Of a stretch of DNA of 64,000 nucleotides, positions 11,711-25,500 are shown piece after piece. Origin of the DNA: Tubulanus polymorphus (taxonomy: Eukaryota; Animalia; Nemertea); contig NC_134025.1 in the NCBI RefSeq assembly GCF_964204645.1, forward strand, positions 16,591,101 to 16,655,100. The letters are read 5' to 3'. The notes under the pieces were generated by a model, which saw nothing but the letters and a program-made list of their open reading frames with translations, searched no databases and was not told the DNA's origin. The stretch's first letter is position 1, and every line of letters starts with the position of its first letter. The translations under genes were made by a program, and so were the position numbers.

Positions 11711-13293
11711 ATGGTAGAAGGTGTAGGAGATTTCGAAATGGAAGGCACGGGAAATAATAATGAAGGATATATTGATGATGATTAAAATGATGAAGAAACT
11801 AATATTGATAATGATGATGAATCAGCATATAATTCTAATTCAACAAATAGTGGTTCTAAAGCCCCATCAACAGTATATTTGATAGAAACAATAAATCGAG
11901 AATAAGTACTGAAAATTTAAATCCAGATTTAGAAAGACAAGATTTAGAATATATAAAACAAATGCATAAATTAAAACATATATTTAAAGATTCTGGATAT
12001 AATATAAATGATAGAGGTGTTAGACTTTTAGTACAAGATTTAAAATATTTAGATGGTGAATATTATTATAATTTGAAAGATGATTATTATATTAATATCA
12101 CTTATAAAAATCAAGATAAAATATTAGCGGGATCAACTTTGGAAAAATTAGAATCAGATAGAATTAAAAGAATAAGTAATAGTAATGAAATAGAAAATGT
12201 AACAAAAGAAAAATAAATCAAAATAAAAGAGTATTTAAACAAAAAATTAATGACTTACTTAAAACAATCAATAATAATTTAGAACCAGAAATGGAAGAGG
12301 ATGGAGATCGATTAGATAAATTAAGATCTTCAACACCCGAAACATCGAGAAGAGATATTCAACAAATTGATAATGATTCAAGCCAATTACAATTAGGAAA
12401 ACATTTAGATAACTGACTGGATACAATGAATTCATTTGAAGAAGAGATGAATAGTGTTTTAGATATGCCCGGTGCTGAAACTGGAATAAATCGAATACAA
12501 TCTTTACTAGAAAAAGGATTATTTGATTTAACTGATGATGAATTAGAAGCATTTCCTGAACAAACACGTAGAGAAATTAAAGGTATGCAAGAATCAGCTG
12601 ATAAAATTGCGCATGATAAAAGTAAAAGAGATATTGAAATTAGATTTTTAGAAAAAGAATTAACTGATAAAAATAAAGAAATAGAACAATTAAAGTCTGA
12701 TCTTGATCGTCAAGTAATTTATGAAATGGAATATAGGCAAAAAGAATTACGTTTAGAAAAAGAAAAAGATGATTTAAAATATAACAGAATTACAAAAAGA
12801 AGAAATTAAATTATTATTAAAATCATATGATTATAATATTAATAGATTAAAAGTTATTTTTAAAAATTTGTTGATAAAACCAAATTCTGAAATATCATTA
12901 AAAGATAGAATAAAATTATTATTTAAATTAGAAGGAATAACAATTCTTTCAATTCTAACAGGTGTAACTATGTTATTTACAACAATTGGTTTAGCAATAT
13001 CAAATGCTTTAAAATCTACTCCTGCTCCCAATAAACCGGATAAACCCCCGAATGATAATAATTCTATACAAGATAAAGTTAAATATGGTTTAAAAAAATT
13101 AGCAAAATATTTATGGGAACTATCTAAAAAATCTGCTGCAGCATTACGAGGAATTATTGCATCAATTGTTGGTTTCATATTGAAATCTGCAGGAAACATT
13201 ATTAACTTTGCTGCTGAACATATTATTTTATTTTTAATTACAGTTGTAAGTGCTATTATTTTTGGGTTAGTAAACATGATAAAAAATAAATAA
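11711..13293 (+). pseudogene. Large acidic/coiled-coil membrane protein homolog, broken
   Basis: C-terminal LFKLEGITILSILT...AAEHIILF block shared with E2/E3. Confidence 0.85.
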
Positions 13294-13313
13294 TTAATTT
13301 TTTTGTTAAATAA

Positions 13314-14546
13314 ATGAGTGGGAGTTACATCAATCCTTCTAAGAATCATAGAATATCTAATGCTATTAAAGCAGAAAGATCACATCATATAATTACTCAT
13401 AACCCTTCTAATAATAATCCCGATGAAACTTTATATGTTAGAATTCCTCGATTAACACAAAATACTTTTTATGTTCCAAATAGTATTTATTTATCAGCCG
13501 ATATAAAAGTAATCGGTAATAATAATAATTATGTTGTTGATAATGTTGGAAGATATTTGATTAAAAAATTAACAATAAAGATTGGTCCGGAAACAGTTTT
13601 CTCATTAGATAATTATAATTTATTTATGCATTATAAAGATTTAAGAAAATAGAAATAATATGATATTTCAAGGAATCCAATCAGAAAACCATAATAAATT
13701 AAGATCAGAAGTTAATAGCGCAATATTAACTAATGCTATAGATAAATTGATAAAAAGTACATATGGAAGCGAATATAAAATTCCATTAGACTTTGAATTG
13801 ATAAATAATAATGCACCTTTATATAAATACGCAATTCAAGAAGACGTTATATTCGAAATAACATTTGCTCCTGTTAATGAAATTGTAATATCTAGCGTTA
13901 ATAAAGATATGGGTTATAAATTATCGAATATATGTTTAGAATATGATACAGTAACTGATGAAAATATTTCAAGTATAATTCAATTTCAATACAATCAAGG
14001 ATTTTCATTATTATATGATTATATTGATAAATTTAAAACCGTATCAATGCAAATGATGAAATTATTAATGAGAATATTAACTTCCCAAGAAGATCTATTA
14101 AAGGTATATTAATATTTTTTACAATTGCAACATATTCTAATGGCGCAATGAATGTTGATAATTATTATAATCCTGAAATAACAAAAGTAGAAATAACTAT
14201 CGAAGGAATAGCAAATAAAATATTTTGTCAAGGAATGAGAATGATTGATCAATGGCCAGAAATTAGAAAACATTTTATGAATGAAAAAGTAAAATCATCT
14301 GAAAATTGTAATATTAATCAAATTGATTATTATGCCGGTAATAAATATGCATTATGGTTAGATTTTAGAACAACTGAGGATAATTCATTACATGGTTCTG
14401 GAAAAAAACTACAGAACATTTAAGATGGAATACAATTATTCATGACAAAGAATATAGGAATCAAAAATTTTAAAATGCACATTTATATTATATCTGACGC
14501 GCAATTAAATATTGTAAATTCTGAATTAAATAGTGTTATGTATTAG
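13314..14546 (+). pseudogene. Major capsid protein (E1), frameshifted
   Basis: Three ORF pieces align to the 415-aa MCP at 34161 and 52055. Confidence 0.88.
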
Positions 14547-14578
14547 AATTTTAACTTTAATAAAAATTTATATAATAA

Positions 14579-15450
14579 ATGGAAGGAGGTAAAATATATA
14601 AACATATTCCATACATTGATACACATGAAAATAATGATGGTTTATATTATGTAATACCTTGTAATATAGTTTTGATATTTGATCCTATTTTCAAAATTTA
14701 TAAAACTAAACTAATAGAAATCGATAATAATAAAAGTGGTGTTGTTGATAATTTAAGTAATGTAATTGATAATAATGTAATACCTTCTACATCTAATAAT
14801 GTAATACCTTCTACATCTAATAATGTAATACCTTCTACATCTAATAATGTAATACCTTCTACATCTAATAATGTAATACCTTCTACATCTAATAATGTAA
14901 TACCTTCTACATCTAATAATGAAATAATATTAAATATTAGTGAAAATAGAAATTATTGTGATTATTGTAAAGGCGAATTTTCAAACGCTCCATCAAATTG
15001 GAATAAACATATGAATACAAAGGTACATATAACTAATGTAATAGAACGTGTTGGTTTAAGAGAATTTATATAGAACACCCATTTAGATATGTTACAAAGT
15101 TTGTTTCAAATAAAAAAGTAAATGGTAAAGAATTATATGAAGATTTATTATTAGGTGTTGCTAATAAAGATGAATTAGATTTAACCGATGCTAATAAAAT
15201 ATTAGGATCAAACACTAAGAAAGATGATAATGAAAATATAGTTACAAATAAGCATATTGATAATAAAGATTCTATGAAACATAAAGTAGAAAATAATGAT
15301 AAATTTGATTGGATGAATAAGCATAACAATGAAACAACCAATGATGAAGATACGGTAGAGCATTTGAATAAATTGTTAGGGTTTGATGATGAATTGGAGA
15401 GTGATGATGAAAGTGATTCAGAAAGTAATTATCTAACACTCAAAAAGTAA
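14579..15450 (+). pseudogene. Variable zinc-finger protein with NNVIPSTS repeats, frameshift near 15070
   Basis: TAAATG start, MEGG N-terminus as in the E3 gene at 53335, CDYCK..WNKHMNTKVH finger. Confidence 0.6.
14771..14914 (+). repeat. Perfect 24-bp coding tandem repeat x6 (AATAATGTAATACCTTCTACATCT)
   Basis: Read directly; encodes NNVIPSTS x6. Confidence 0.95.
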
Positions 15451-15509
15451 TAAAGGATGAAAATTGTATAAAATAATAGTAAATAAAAAAGGGGGTTTTA
15501 AGTATTACG

Positions 15510-15846
15510 GTATCTAATAAATATCTAATACATATCTAATACATATTATTTGAAAATACCTAAAATTATATATTTCTTTTAATTTATATTGAAACCTCAG
15601 TAATAATAAATAACCTTTATTATTTTCAAACTTATTCATATATTAGTTGAAAAAATAAAAATAGATTGGTTGAAAGTTGTATAAATAATATTTAACGGGG
15701 TTTTAAGTATTAAGGTATCTAATAGGGTATCTAATACATAGGTAGGTATTAGGGTATATAATAGGGTATCTAATGGGGTATCTAATACATAGGTAGGTAT
15801 TAGGGTATATAATAGGGTATCTAATAGGGTATCTAATACATAGGTA
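15510..15846. repeat. Intergenic repeat built from TATCTAATACATAGGTA / TATCTAATAGGG units
   Basis: Multiple copies at 15715-15846; same unit at 55030-55068 in E3. Confidence 0.8.
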
Positions 15847-15989
15847 TATTTTAAACATTATTTCAATATTCATTTTTGTATGAGTTAGATTTTTAAACAT
15901 TAAAAGTGTGAGTAAAGTGTGATTGAAATAATTCATATTTAAATCATTGAACTTCTAAAATCAATTTAGCAAAAAAATATGTATAATAA

Positions 15990-16637
15990 ATGGAATCAGA
16001 ACAACCACAAACTATAGATATTACAAATAACACTGGCGTTATAAATATATACTACAAGAAGTGTTCTAAATGTGAATTAGATAAATTAGCTTTAACAGAA
16101 TTCAGTAAGCGTAAGATTAGCAAAGATGGTTTTCAATATTGCTGTAAAACTTGTACTAAACTATATACCAAACAATATCGAGAAGATAATAGAGAAGCTT
16201 ACAATGATTATATGACAGAATATATGAGAGAAAGATATAAAACAGATCTTAATTTTAGATTGAAACAATGCTTAAGATCTAGATTAACACAATTATTCAA
16301 CAAAGAAACACATTCAGAAACACCATCTAATTTATTGGGTTGTACAGATGAATTTCTCAAATCATGGATTATATTTCAATTCGACTATAAAATGAATATA
16401 GGTAATTATGGGGATTATTGCCATATTGATCATGTGTTACCGATATCTAAATTTAACATGAATGATGAACACAATAAAAAACTTATTTGGAATTGGAGAA
16501 ATTTAAGACCTTTAGAAAAGAAGGAAAACATAATTAAATCTAACAAACTAGATATGAAATTATATTTAGATCAACTGGATAAAGCAAACGCATTTGTTGA
16601 ATTATGGAATTCAACACATAATGAACAAGAAAATTAA
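15990..16637 (+). CDS. HNH-type endonuclease with N-terminal Cys cluster (3' end replaced by insertion)
   Basis: CSKC..CKTC, NFRL..LRSRL, LLGC, HIDHVLPISKF, NWRNLRPL..EN..KSN; resembles the HNH family common in large DNA viruses. Confidence 0.8.
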   Translation: MESEQPQTIDITNNTGVINIYYKKCSKCELDKLALTEFSKRKISKDGFQYCCKTCTKLYTKQYREDNREAYNDYMTEYMRERYKTDLNFRLKQCLRSRLTQLFNKETHSETPSNLLGCTDEFLKSWIIFQFDYKMNIGNYGDYCHIDHVLPISKFNMNDEHNKKLIWNWRNLRPLEKKENIIKSNKLDMKLYLDQLDKANAFVELWNSTHNEQEN

Positions 16638-18629
16638 TTTTAGAAAATTATTTGACGCCTGCGAAAAAAATGTAGAATTTCTGGGCTAAGCTAATGTGGA
16701 ATTGCAAATTTGAAATCGAAGTTTTAAGAAATTTGGGGAATGATGAGATTTGGCGACTGGGTAGATGATACAGGTCTTCGACTCTAGTAGTAGTTTAGAT
16801 TTTTTTAAATGAAAATTCTCAATAATTGATCGCGAACTTGCGACCGACTTCATTTACTTATGCCTCTAAGCTGGTCTGCAACTTCATAGCCTCCATGGTT
16901 GAAGAGAGAGCTCTTCTGATGTCTGCTTCATCATGACTTCGAGCATATCGTGTGGCCTAGCCAGCCGGCCCGGGCCACGGGTTTGGCTGTCACTCGATAT
17001 CCTAGAGTTGAGTCTGGGTGGGTTGAGGTAGACATTGTCATTTAAAATAACATGCTTATGTTGTTCTGTATGAATTACCCGTGTGTCATGTATGTTGTAT
17101 TAATTTATTTTAAAATTTGTATTTATTGAATTTGGGAATTTTATCCCGGAATTTCAATGTAATAAGGATCAATAAAGAATTGAATTGAATTGTCAGCTAA
17201 TTCACATGCCATCAGAGGACGCGGAGCCGTATATGACAGCTATGCTATTATAAATTGCTAATCTCACGAAACCTGCATACTCCTAATATCAAACATATTT
17301 TCTAAAACGTTTGAATATTGAAATTATATGTTTAAACATTTTCATATTGACCGCTTGTAGCCGCTGATGAAATTCACGCCGGCCCTACACACATCGTAGA
17401 TAGCTTCGTCATTCCACCAGCATGCCCACGTCAGGGTCTGACTTTTATATCAGACTTCCAAATCGTGTATACATCCGCCATTTAACCGAATAATCCGATT
17501 TACTTATCATTTCTATTTATGCCTGCCGCTTCTGATATAATCATACATCCTTCACTATTACAATACGTCTTCTAATGATATTCAATGCAATATAACATTT
17601 CGACGTTCAAATATAGGTCATTATATAATCACAGGAAGCCATTCTACATCTATGTCAATAATATTTTGCCAGATAGCTTGTTTGTGTACACATAGACCTG
17701 TGACGTTTTGCACATCGATTTACGGCTGTCGTTTGTAAAATGACGCTGAATGGTTAACATTGTTTAGGTTTCATAATGGTAACGTTTTATAAGGCATCAA
17801 AAAATACGTTGAAGCTTAAGCGCTTAGAAAACCGGTTACTCTCGATCTATGTCAAACTGCCTATATGTAATTGTATTAGCTCTTTGCATCTGTCGCACGT
17901 TATATTCAGTTGAATGGGGTGTATCTCATTTGAATATTGATCGAATGTGCTATTTCAGTTGAAAAGGATTAATCAATTACATTACAAAGGAACATCTGTT
18001 GCTCAGGCAGTGTTTAGCTAGTGAATAACTGGCAGTTATATATAAGCGCGCAGCACATAAGCATAGGAACGCATAGAATATTCTCTCTATAAACACAATT
18101 TTAGGAGTTTACAGTTATAAATGTAAGTACTGTTTTTGTTGTTATTAAGCGCCGGGAAACGTTAAACATGTAAAACTTACCCTGGTAAGATGCGCCACAA
18201 ATGACCATGTTTAAGTGCTGCAATCAATATTTTACAAGTACGACTTCAAGTTAGTTTTATTCTACGTTAGATATTTATCTTTTAGATAACAAAATGAAGA
18301 CCATTGAAGCAAGAAAGTGAAGATGGATGGATGTGGAATCAGAAATTATGGATATTTCAACTCATGAGACTGTAGCAGTTTAGCCATACTGTATAGGCTT
18401 TCAATGCATTACGTTTTTTCGAAAATTTCAATTGCGTCATTAAGCTGTTGTTAATGACACACAGTGACAGATATTGTATTGTACTTTATTGATTCCTGCA
18501 TTCCACGCATAACTTGCCGGGCCTCAGACGCCCGGTGAGGAATGTGGAAATCGATAATGATTGTAGAATAAAATATATGTGTTTATGAAATAGTATTTCC
18601 ACCAGTCGTTTCTTTGAATTTATTTTCAG
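16630..18629. other. ~2-kb higher-GC non-Polinton insertion in the 3' end of the HNH gene
   Basis: E3 homology breaks after AATGAACAA (~16629) and resumes at TTGAGGATTT..ATCCGAAATG (~18631). No ORF. AATAAAGAATTGAATTGAATTG (LINE-tail-like) at ~17171-17192. Confidence 0.7.
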
Positions 18630-18964
18630 TTTGAGGATTTATTATCGAGAATCCGAAATGACTTATCTGGACAGTTATAATTACTGCTCCTAATAGATAA
18701 ACAATAGTAGTGAGATATTAAATCCTAATTCAAATAAAAAGTATTTAAAAAACAATAACTTCAACTAGCTAGTGAATTCTATTATATTTTTAATATTTTC
18801 TTTTGGTAATTCTAATTGACATTAGATTGAATAGATTTTGAATAGATTTGAATAGAAATTCTTTAACTTTAACTAACCTAGTCAATTTAGTATTAACCCA
18901 AAGAGATACTGGTATCATTTTATAATACTTATAATATTTTTCTTATTAAATTTCTCTAATATAA

Positions 18965-19565
18965 ATGTCACAGAAATCGAGTAAGAATAGTATTAATATT
19001 GAAAAAACATTAGATGATTTGGGCATAAGTGATAATAAGGATACAGTTGTTTCTAATTCTATTCAAGTTAATAACAATATTGATTATGAATACTATTTAT
19101 ATTGTAAGCACCATCTAGAATTATTAATTGCTGGCGGGAAATCTAAAGAGTTTCTAACTAAGATAATAACTTTTCAAGAATTAGATGCTATGAAACCAGA
19201 TAAAGTAATAAAATATTTTAAGATTTATGAAGAAGCTAGATTAGCTAGAATAAATGATTATTTCAGATGGTATTGTGAAATGTTATTCTTAGTTATGTAA
19301 CCGGTTAATATCAATTGATGATGAAAATAAATTATATACTGATTTGAAAAATGACTACTTAGTTATGACTGAATTACAAAAATGGGTTGGATATGCTTCA
19401 TTCCAATTAGGATCGGTTATGACATTAATTTCTACTGGTGTCATAACATTTTCGAATATCAAGCCTATGGAATATAAATCAGGTAAGAACGAAACAGATG
19501 TACTACAACCAAACGGCGAAACAGAAAATGAATCAGAACAAAAATTAACTAAAATAAATGAGTGA
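18965..19565 (+). pseudogene. ~200-aa conserved protein homolog, frameshifted
   Basis: Aligns to 57147-57749 and 37460-38065. Confidence 0.85.
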
Positions 19566-19931
19566 TAGCGTTAAGAAAAAGGCTAGATCTGAAAAACAAA
19601 TTAAATGGGCAAGAGAATTAGGTAAAAGATCTGCAGAATTAAAAAAAAAGCTAAGAAAAAGAAATTAACTGATATTAATGAATCACAGAAATTATCTGAT
19701 ATTGATTCAAATAATAATCCATCTGATTCTTCTAATAGTGGAAGAAATAATTACTTATATATTACAATTGGGTTAATCACAATTATTATATTATCCGGTG
19801 TAATATATAAATATAAGTATAAATCTGATTATAACAATAATGATTCCAATGATAATAAACCTATCATACCAGAAAATAAGTCAAATCATAAAGTCATTGA
19901 AACTTAATCTAAATTATTATTAATGGATTAA
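19558..19931 (+). pseudogene. ~125-aa basic single-TM protein homolog, frameshifted
   Basis: RSEKQIKWARELGKRS motif as in 56774-57154; A-run frameshift. Confidence 0.8.
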
Positions 19932-19937
19932 AATAAG

Positions 19938-21030
19938 ATGAAAAAAGAACAATATTTAAGAGATTTATATTACAACCCAGAAAGTGAAGTATCATATTCT
20001 AGCGTTTCCGAATTATGGAATAAAATTAAATCTGATAAAGAAAATGGTAATATAAAATATAGTGAATTAAAATCATGGTTACAAAATCAACCAACATATC
20101 AAATCCATAAGAAAATGGATAAAACTTATTTAAAAAGAAAATGAATGGTTTCATATATTGATCAACAATGGCAAGCAGATTTAATTGACATGAAGAACTT
20201 AGAAGAATATAACAAATTATATTTCTGGATATTAAATGTTATAGATATATTCAGTAGATACGCATGGTCAATTCCAATCAAAAATAAAACTGGTATAGAA
20301 GTAACAAATGCTTTTAAATCAATATATAAAGAAGCTATTCTAGATAAGATACAATTTGATGAAGGTAAGGAATTTTATAACAAACATTTCAAAAAACTAT
20401 TATCTGATAACGATGTAGATTATTTTTCAACACACTCAGATAAAAAAGCATCTACTATAGAAAGATTTAATAAAACATTGAAAAATAGAATGTGGAAATA
20501 TTTTACTGCTAATGAAACATATAAATATATCGATGTATTAGATGATTTAGTGAAAGGTTATAATAATTCTAAACATTCAAGTATTGGTATGAAACCTATA
20601 CAAGCTAGAAAAGAAGATAATTCGGAAATAGTTTGGAATAATTTATATGGAGCATTTGTTACACATGATTTTGGAGAACCTAAATTTAAAATTGGACAAC
20701 ACGTTAGAATATCTAAATATAGAAAAACATTTTATAAAGGTTATACCCCTAATTTTACAGAAGAAATATTTAAGATTAAAAAGATAATATTAACTAAACC
20801 ATTTGTTCATAAATTAGAAGATCTAAAAGATGAAGAAATATTAGGTTATCTCTATTAACAAGAATTATCACTTGTACCAAATCCAGATGAAATAGAATAC
20901 AAAATAGAAAAAGTATTGAAAACAAAATCTCTTAAAGGAAAAAAGTATTCTTTGGTGAAATATAAAGGATACGAGAGATAAATTTAATGAAGGGATTTTA
21001 TCTAGTAAAATTAAAAGAATAAATGAATAA
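19938..21030 (+). pseudogene. RVE integrase (E1), broken
   Basis: QWQADLIDM, IDIFSRY, IQFDEGKEF, IERFNKT; frameshift and stop. Confidence 0.9.
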
Positions 21031-21638
21031 AAATTTATTTATATTTGAACCGCATAATATGTTAATAACTGGGGTAACAAACTGTGGTAAAACACATTTC
21101 ATATTAGATTTGTTAGAAACTATTTATAAGAATCATTTCGATAATATAATATTATTCTGTCCTACTTATGAAATGAATAAAACATATAATAGAGATATAG
21201 TTAAGATAAAAAAGTTTATTATATAAGATCCTAAAACAGTAAAAGAAAATTTAGATAATTGTATAAAAATAGCAATTGATACTTATAAAGGATCAAATAC
21301 ATTATTCATTATAGATGATTACGCAAATTTACATGATTCAAAAGTTAGAGAAAGTCAGTTATGTTATCTAGCTTTCTCTGGGAGACATTTTGGGATAACA
21401 ACATGGGTTCTAAATCAAAAATATAATTCAATTGTTAAAGACTTTAGGGATAATATAAGATTTCTAGTTTTATTTTATTACAAAGATAAAAAATCTATGC
21501 AACAATCATTGGAAGAAAATCAAATTATACCTACTGAATTACATGATGAATATATGAATAAATTAAAGAATAATTAATAAAGGTTCAAAATTATTACTGA
21601 GACTACAATTTCCATATGAATATAAATTTATAAAATAA
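21023..21638 (+). pseudogene. A32-like packaging ATPase (E1), broken
   Basis: GVTNCGKT Walker A, LFIIDD, SGRH; frameshift and stops. Confidence 0.88.
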
Positions 21639-21767
21639 CTATTTATATATCTATATATCTATTCCATAAGAGCTCGTACTCTCGTACTCTGGCTTGAAAG
21701 CCTACTTTTCTAATTACTTATATACGTTATTCATTTATATTCTATTCATGTATATGAATATTTTAAG

Positions 21768-21910
21768 AGTAATAGGGAATAAGTTGTTTCATATCAAAGG
21801 TTGAAGGGGCGAGTGAGTAAAAAATAAAAAATAAATTCGAGTGTGCGAGAATTTATTTTTTAAATTCGACCCTTCGACCTTTGGTATGAAACAACTTCTT
21901 CCCTATTACT
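21768..21910. repeat. Imperfect terminal palindrome at E1 right end
   Basis: AGTAATAGGGAA..GTTGTTTCATATCAAAGG pairs with CCTTTGGTATGAAACAAC..TTCCCTATTACT. Confidence 0.88.
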
Positions 21911-22498
21911 GATGTGTTGGAAGGTGTTGAAAAATTTATCTAATAAGCGTAAGTCATTTATTTATCCTTCACTTCACGAAGTTCACATACAACCCGCAAT
22001 GGCGCTATTGATGATTTTATCTCTGACTATTAACACATGCACGCGTGTGCGCTAGTACATGTTAGCCCATACAGAGTGTTTCATAAAAAAGATACCCTCG
22101 GAGAATTCTCCACAACTCCGGTTGAAGTCATGTGGGAAGCTAATTTTCTAGGAGATTGAGCATGACTGAACACCAACTTGCGCAAAGCTGACCACAAGTG
22201 AAAGTGGAATCAACTTGTAACGGGCCTAAAAATCATTGCGCAGCAACGCCGACCACGATTTTTTAGTGGTTCGACTTGCACTCCATATTCCCACTTTTCT
22301 CCGTTATTTGACATAAGATAGCTCTGTCACTTGCTCAGGTAGTCTTAAATTTGTTGCGTTTTCCAGAGTTTGTGTAAAAGAAAGAATGAATTTTTTTCTG
22401 AAAGGAGAAATTGAAGGATTTCTGTAAAATAATAATTATATTCCCGCCTGATGTCATATCGGGATATCCCTTGACTTTTGCGCACCGATATGGCTGTG

Positions 22499-22588
22499 AG
22501 TAATTAGAAGATGGCGTTTTCATACCAGAGGGCGAGAGGGCGAGACACCACTCATCACCACAAGTAATTTTTTTCCCTAATAAATGGG
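22499..22588 (+). repeat. E2 left TIR (90 bp), ending in T7-CCCTAA-TAAATGGG
   Basis: Inverted copy at 38825-38914. Confidence 0.95.
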
Positions 22589-25500
22589 GGAGAATGAACA
22601 CCAACTAGAAAACAATAATGTCAATAAAAATCAATATTATTGTCAATATTGTAAAAAATACATCGATACATCTCATAAAACACGACATGAAAAAACTGCA
22701 AATCATATAAAAAAATGTAATAGATTTTGAAACTCCAGAAAATTCCAATGAAAGAAAAGAAAGATTAGAAAATATGAATGTGGATGAAATAAAATGTGAA
22801 GTTTGTAATGAATTTATAGTAAAAAGGAATTATAATAGACATCTCGAATCACAAAAACATTATAAAAATTTAAATAAAAATGTTTTAGAATTAGAATATT
22901 TTGATAATAAACCTCAACAAGTAAAAGAATCAACTAAATCCATTTCAAATAAACCTTACATGGAAAATGTTAGAAATTATATTGATTCACTAGAAATAAA
23001 AGATACAATTGAAATCTTAGAAACATTACATAGTAAAATTGGTCCTGCAGCTATTATATTTAGATTTTTTAAAGGTACAACAATAGAAGATTATAGTAAA
23101 TTTAATAAAATAATAGAAAAAATACTAGATTTGATAACAGATGTTGAATATCCAAAAATTAGTATTTCTGGGAAAGTAAGTTTTATAAAGTCAGAAGAAA
23201 AAATGAATTATAATATTCAAACACACTCTGAAGAAATAATTTCAAAAACACAAATAAAAGAGAAGTTAGAAAAAATATTAAATGAATTTAAACGTCATAT
23301 TGAAGAAAGATATTTTGAGGGTTCTGGCTTAACATTGAATGAAATTATATATTTAGATTTAAATGTTTATAATACAAAAAGAAATAAAACATCAAAAAGT
23401 AATAAAATGTTTAAAAATGATTCAAACTTTATAACAGAAAAAGATATGAAAGCATCAAGTTATATCAAATTACCGTTTACAACAAAAGCAGTAATAAATG
23501 TTCAAAATGAAGATAATAAATGTTTTCTATGGTCAATTATTAGTTGTTTACACCAAACAGAAGATATGACGCATAGTTTTAGAATAACAAATTACCGGAA
23601 ATATGAAACATTATATAAAATTGATCAATATCCAGTAACTATAAAAATGATTCCTAAAATAGAAAAAATTAATAATTTAAAAATAAATGTATTCGGATTA
23701 ATGCAATTACCAAAGACAAAAGGTGAAAATATTAAAGATTATACATTGGAAGCTTTATATTTAACAGAATATTATGATGATGAAAATGCTATAGATTTGT
23801 TATATTACAAAAAAGATGAAAATGAACATTATATGTGGTTAAAACAAATTGATTTATTCTTTAGAACAGAAAGTGATTTTAACAGCCATAAAATTTATCT
23901 ATGTAGAAAATGTTTATCTAAATAGAACTGAGTTTAGAACTGAGAATACATTATTAAAACATAAAGAATTATGTGATAATAAAGATTTTTGTAAATTAAT
24001 AATGCCAACAGAAAAAGATTATAAATTGAAATTTACTAATCATAAATTTAAAAATATTGTTCCATTTTTATTTATGGGGATTTTGAATCGTTGAATAAAG
24101 AATTAACTGATCAAGATAGAAAAGAAATATATAACAAAAAGCAATTATTAAAATCAATGGATAAAGGAAATGAATTAAATGAAGACGCAATACAAGACCC
24201 ACCAATTATAAATACAATTAAAGTTCATCAAAGAGCTGCTGCTTATGGAATTTACATCAAATCAAATTATCCCGAATTATATGAAAGTCAATATATTTCT
24301 TTTAGAGGTGAAAATGTAGTTAATGATTTTTGTGATAAAATGATTGAATTAGAAAGTGATTTTACAAAATTATTAAACAAAAATAAAAGAATAGTTATGA
24401 CAAAAGAAGATGAAATTGATTTTAATTATGCAACTCATTGTTGTTATTGTGAAAAACGTTTTTATTCATTTGATAAAAGAGTTAGAGATCATGATCATTT
24501 GAATTCAAAATATCGTGGAGCTGCTCATGAAGATTGCAATTTACAAGCTAAGAAAGTTAATTTCGTACCAATATTATTTCATAATTTATCAGGCTATGAT
24601 ACCCATCTATTTATAAAACAATTATCGGGAAAATTGGGCGCAATTAATCAAGAAATAGAAGAATATAATGCTATGAATGGTGTAAATGTAAGAAAATATG
24701 ATTTTAAACTATTAGCTAAAACATCTGAAAATTATATTTCATTTCAATTTGGTTGCATTAGATTTTTAGATTCTTATAGATTTCTAGCAAGTTCATTAGA
24801 TAATTTATCAAAAAGTTTAGTTGATAATGATTTTGTTATGACTCGATATTATTATCCAAATGAACAAGATTTTAAATTATTGAGATATAAAGGCGCAATT
24901 CCTTATTCATTTTATAAAACACATGATGATTTTAATGTAACAGAATTATTAAAAGATCAATTTTATGATCAATTAAAAGAGGAGTATGTGAAAGATGAAG
25001 TGTTTAATAGAACATTAAATATTTGGAACCATTTTAAGATGAAAAATCATGGTGAATTAGTTGATTTATATTTAAAATCAGATGTTATGATATTGGCTGA
25101 CATATTTGAAAAATTTAGAGAAGTTAATTTGAATCATTTTAATGTTGATCCTTGTTATTGTTATTCTAGTCCTGGTTTAACCTGGCAATGTGGTTTAAAA
25201 TATACAAATGTAGAATTAGATTTATTAAAAGAACCAGATATGGTTTTATTATTTGAAAAATCAATTAGAGGTGGAATTAGTGGTGTTATGGGAGATAGGT
25301 ATTTTAAAGCAAATGATGAATATAAATTATTATATATTGACGCCAATAATTTATATGGTTGGGCAATGATGCAACCTCAACCATATAAAAATTTTATATT
25401 AACAGAAGTTGAAAATGGTGATAAAACTGATTGGGAAAGCGCAATTATTAGTTTAAAAGATGAAGCACCAATTGGTTATTTCTTTGTAGTTGATTTAGAA

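Larger units (their letters stand above)
1..21910 (+). mobile_element. Polinton/Maverick-like element E1, decayed, left part outside window
   Basis: Same gene series as E2/E3 (pPolB, mCP, small membrane genes, MCP, HNH, integrase, ATPase) with many stops and frameshifts. Right terminus ...CCCTATTACT at 21910 matches the E3 terminus. Confidence 0.9.

Noticed and set aside
14771-15846. Regular repeats as a possible CRISPR array
   Set aside because: Head-to-tail units with no unique spacers, eukaryotic context, no cas genes.
22700-24090. E2 pPolB frameshifts as programmed recoding
   Set aside because: E3 encodes the region in one ORF; the lesions look like homopolymer slips and a 10-bp duplication.
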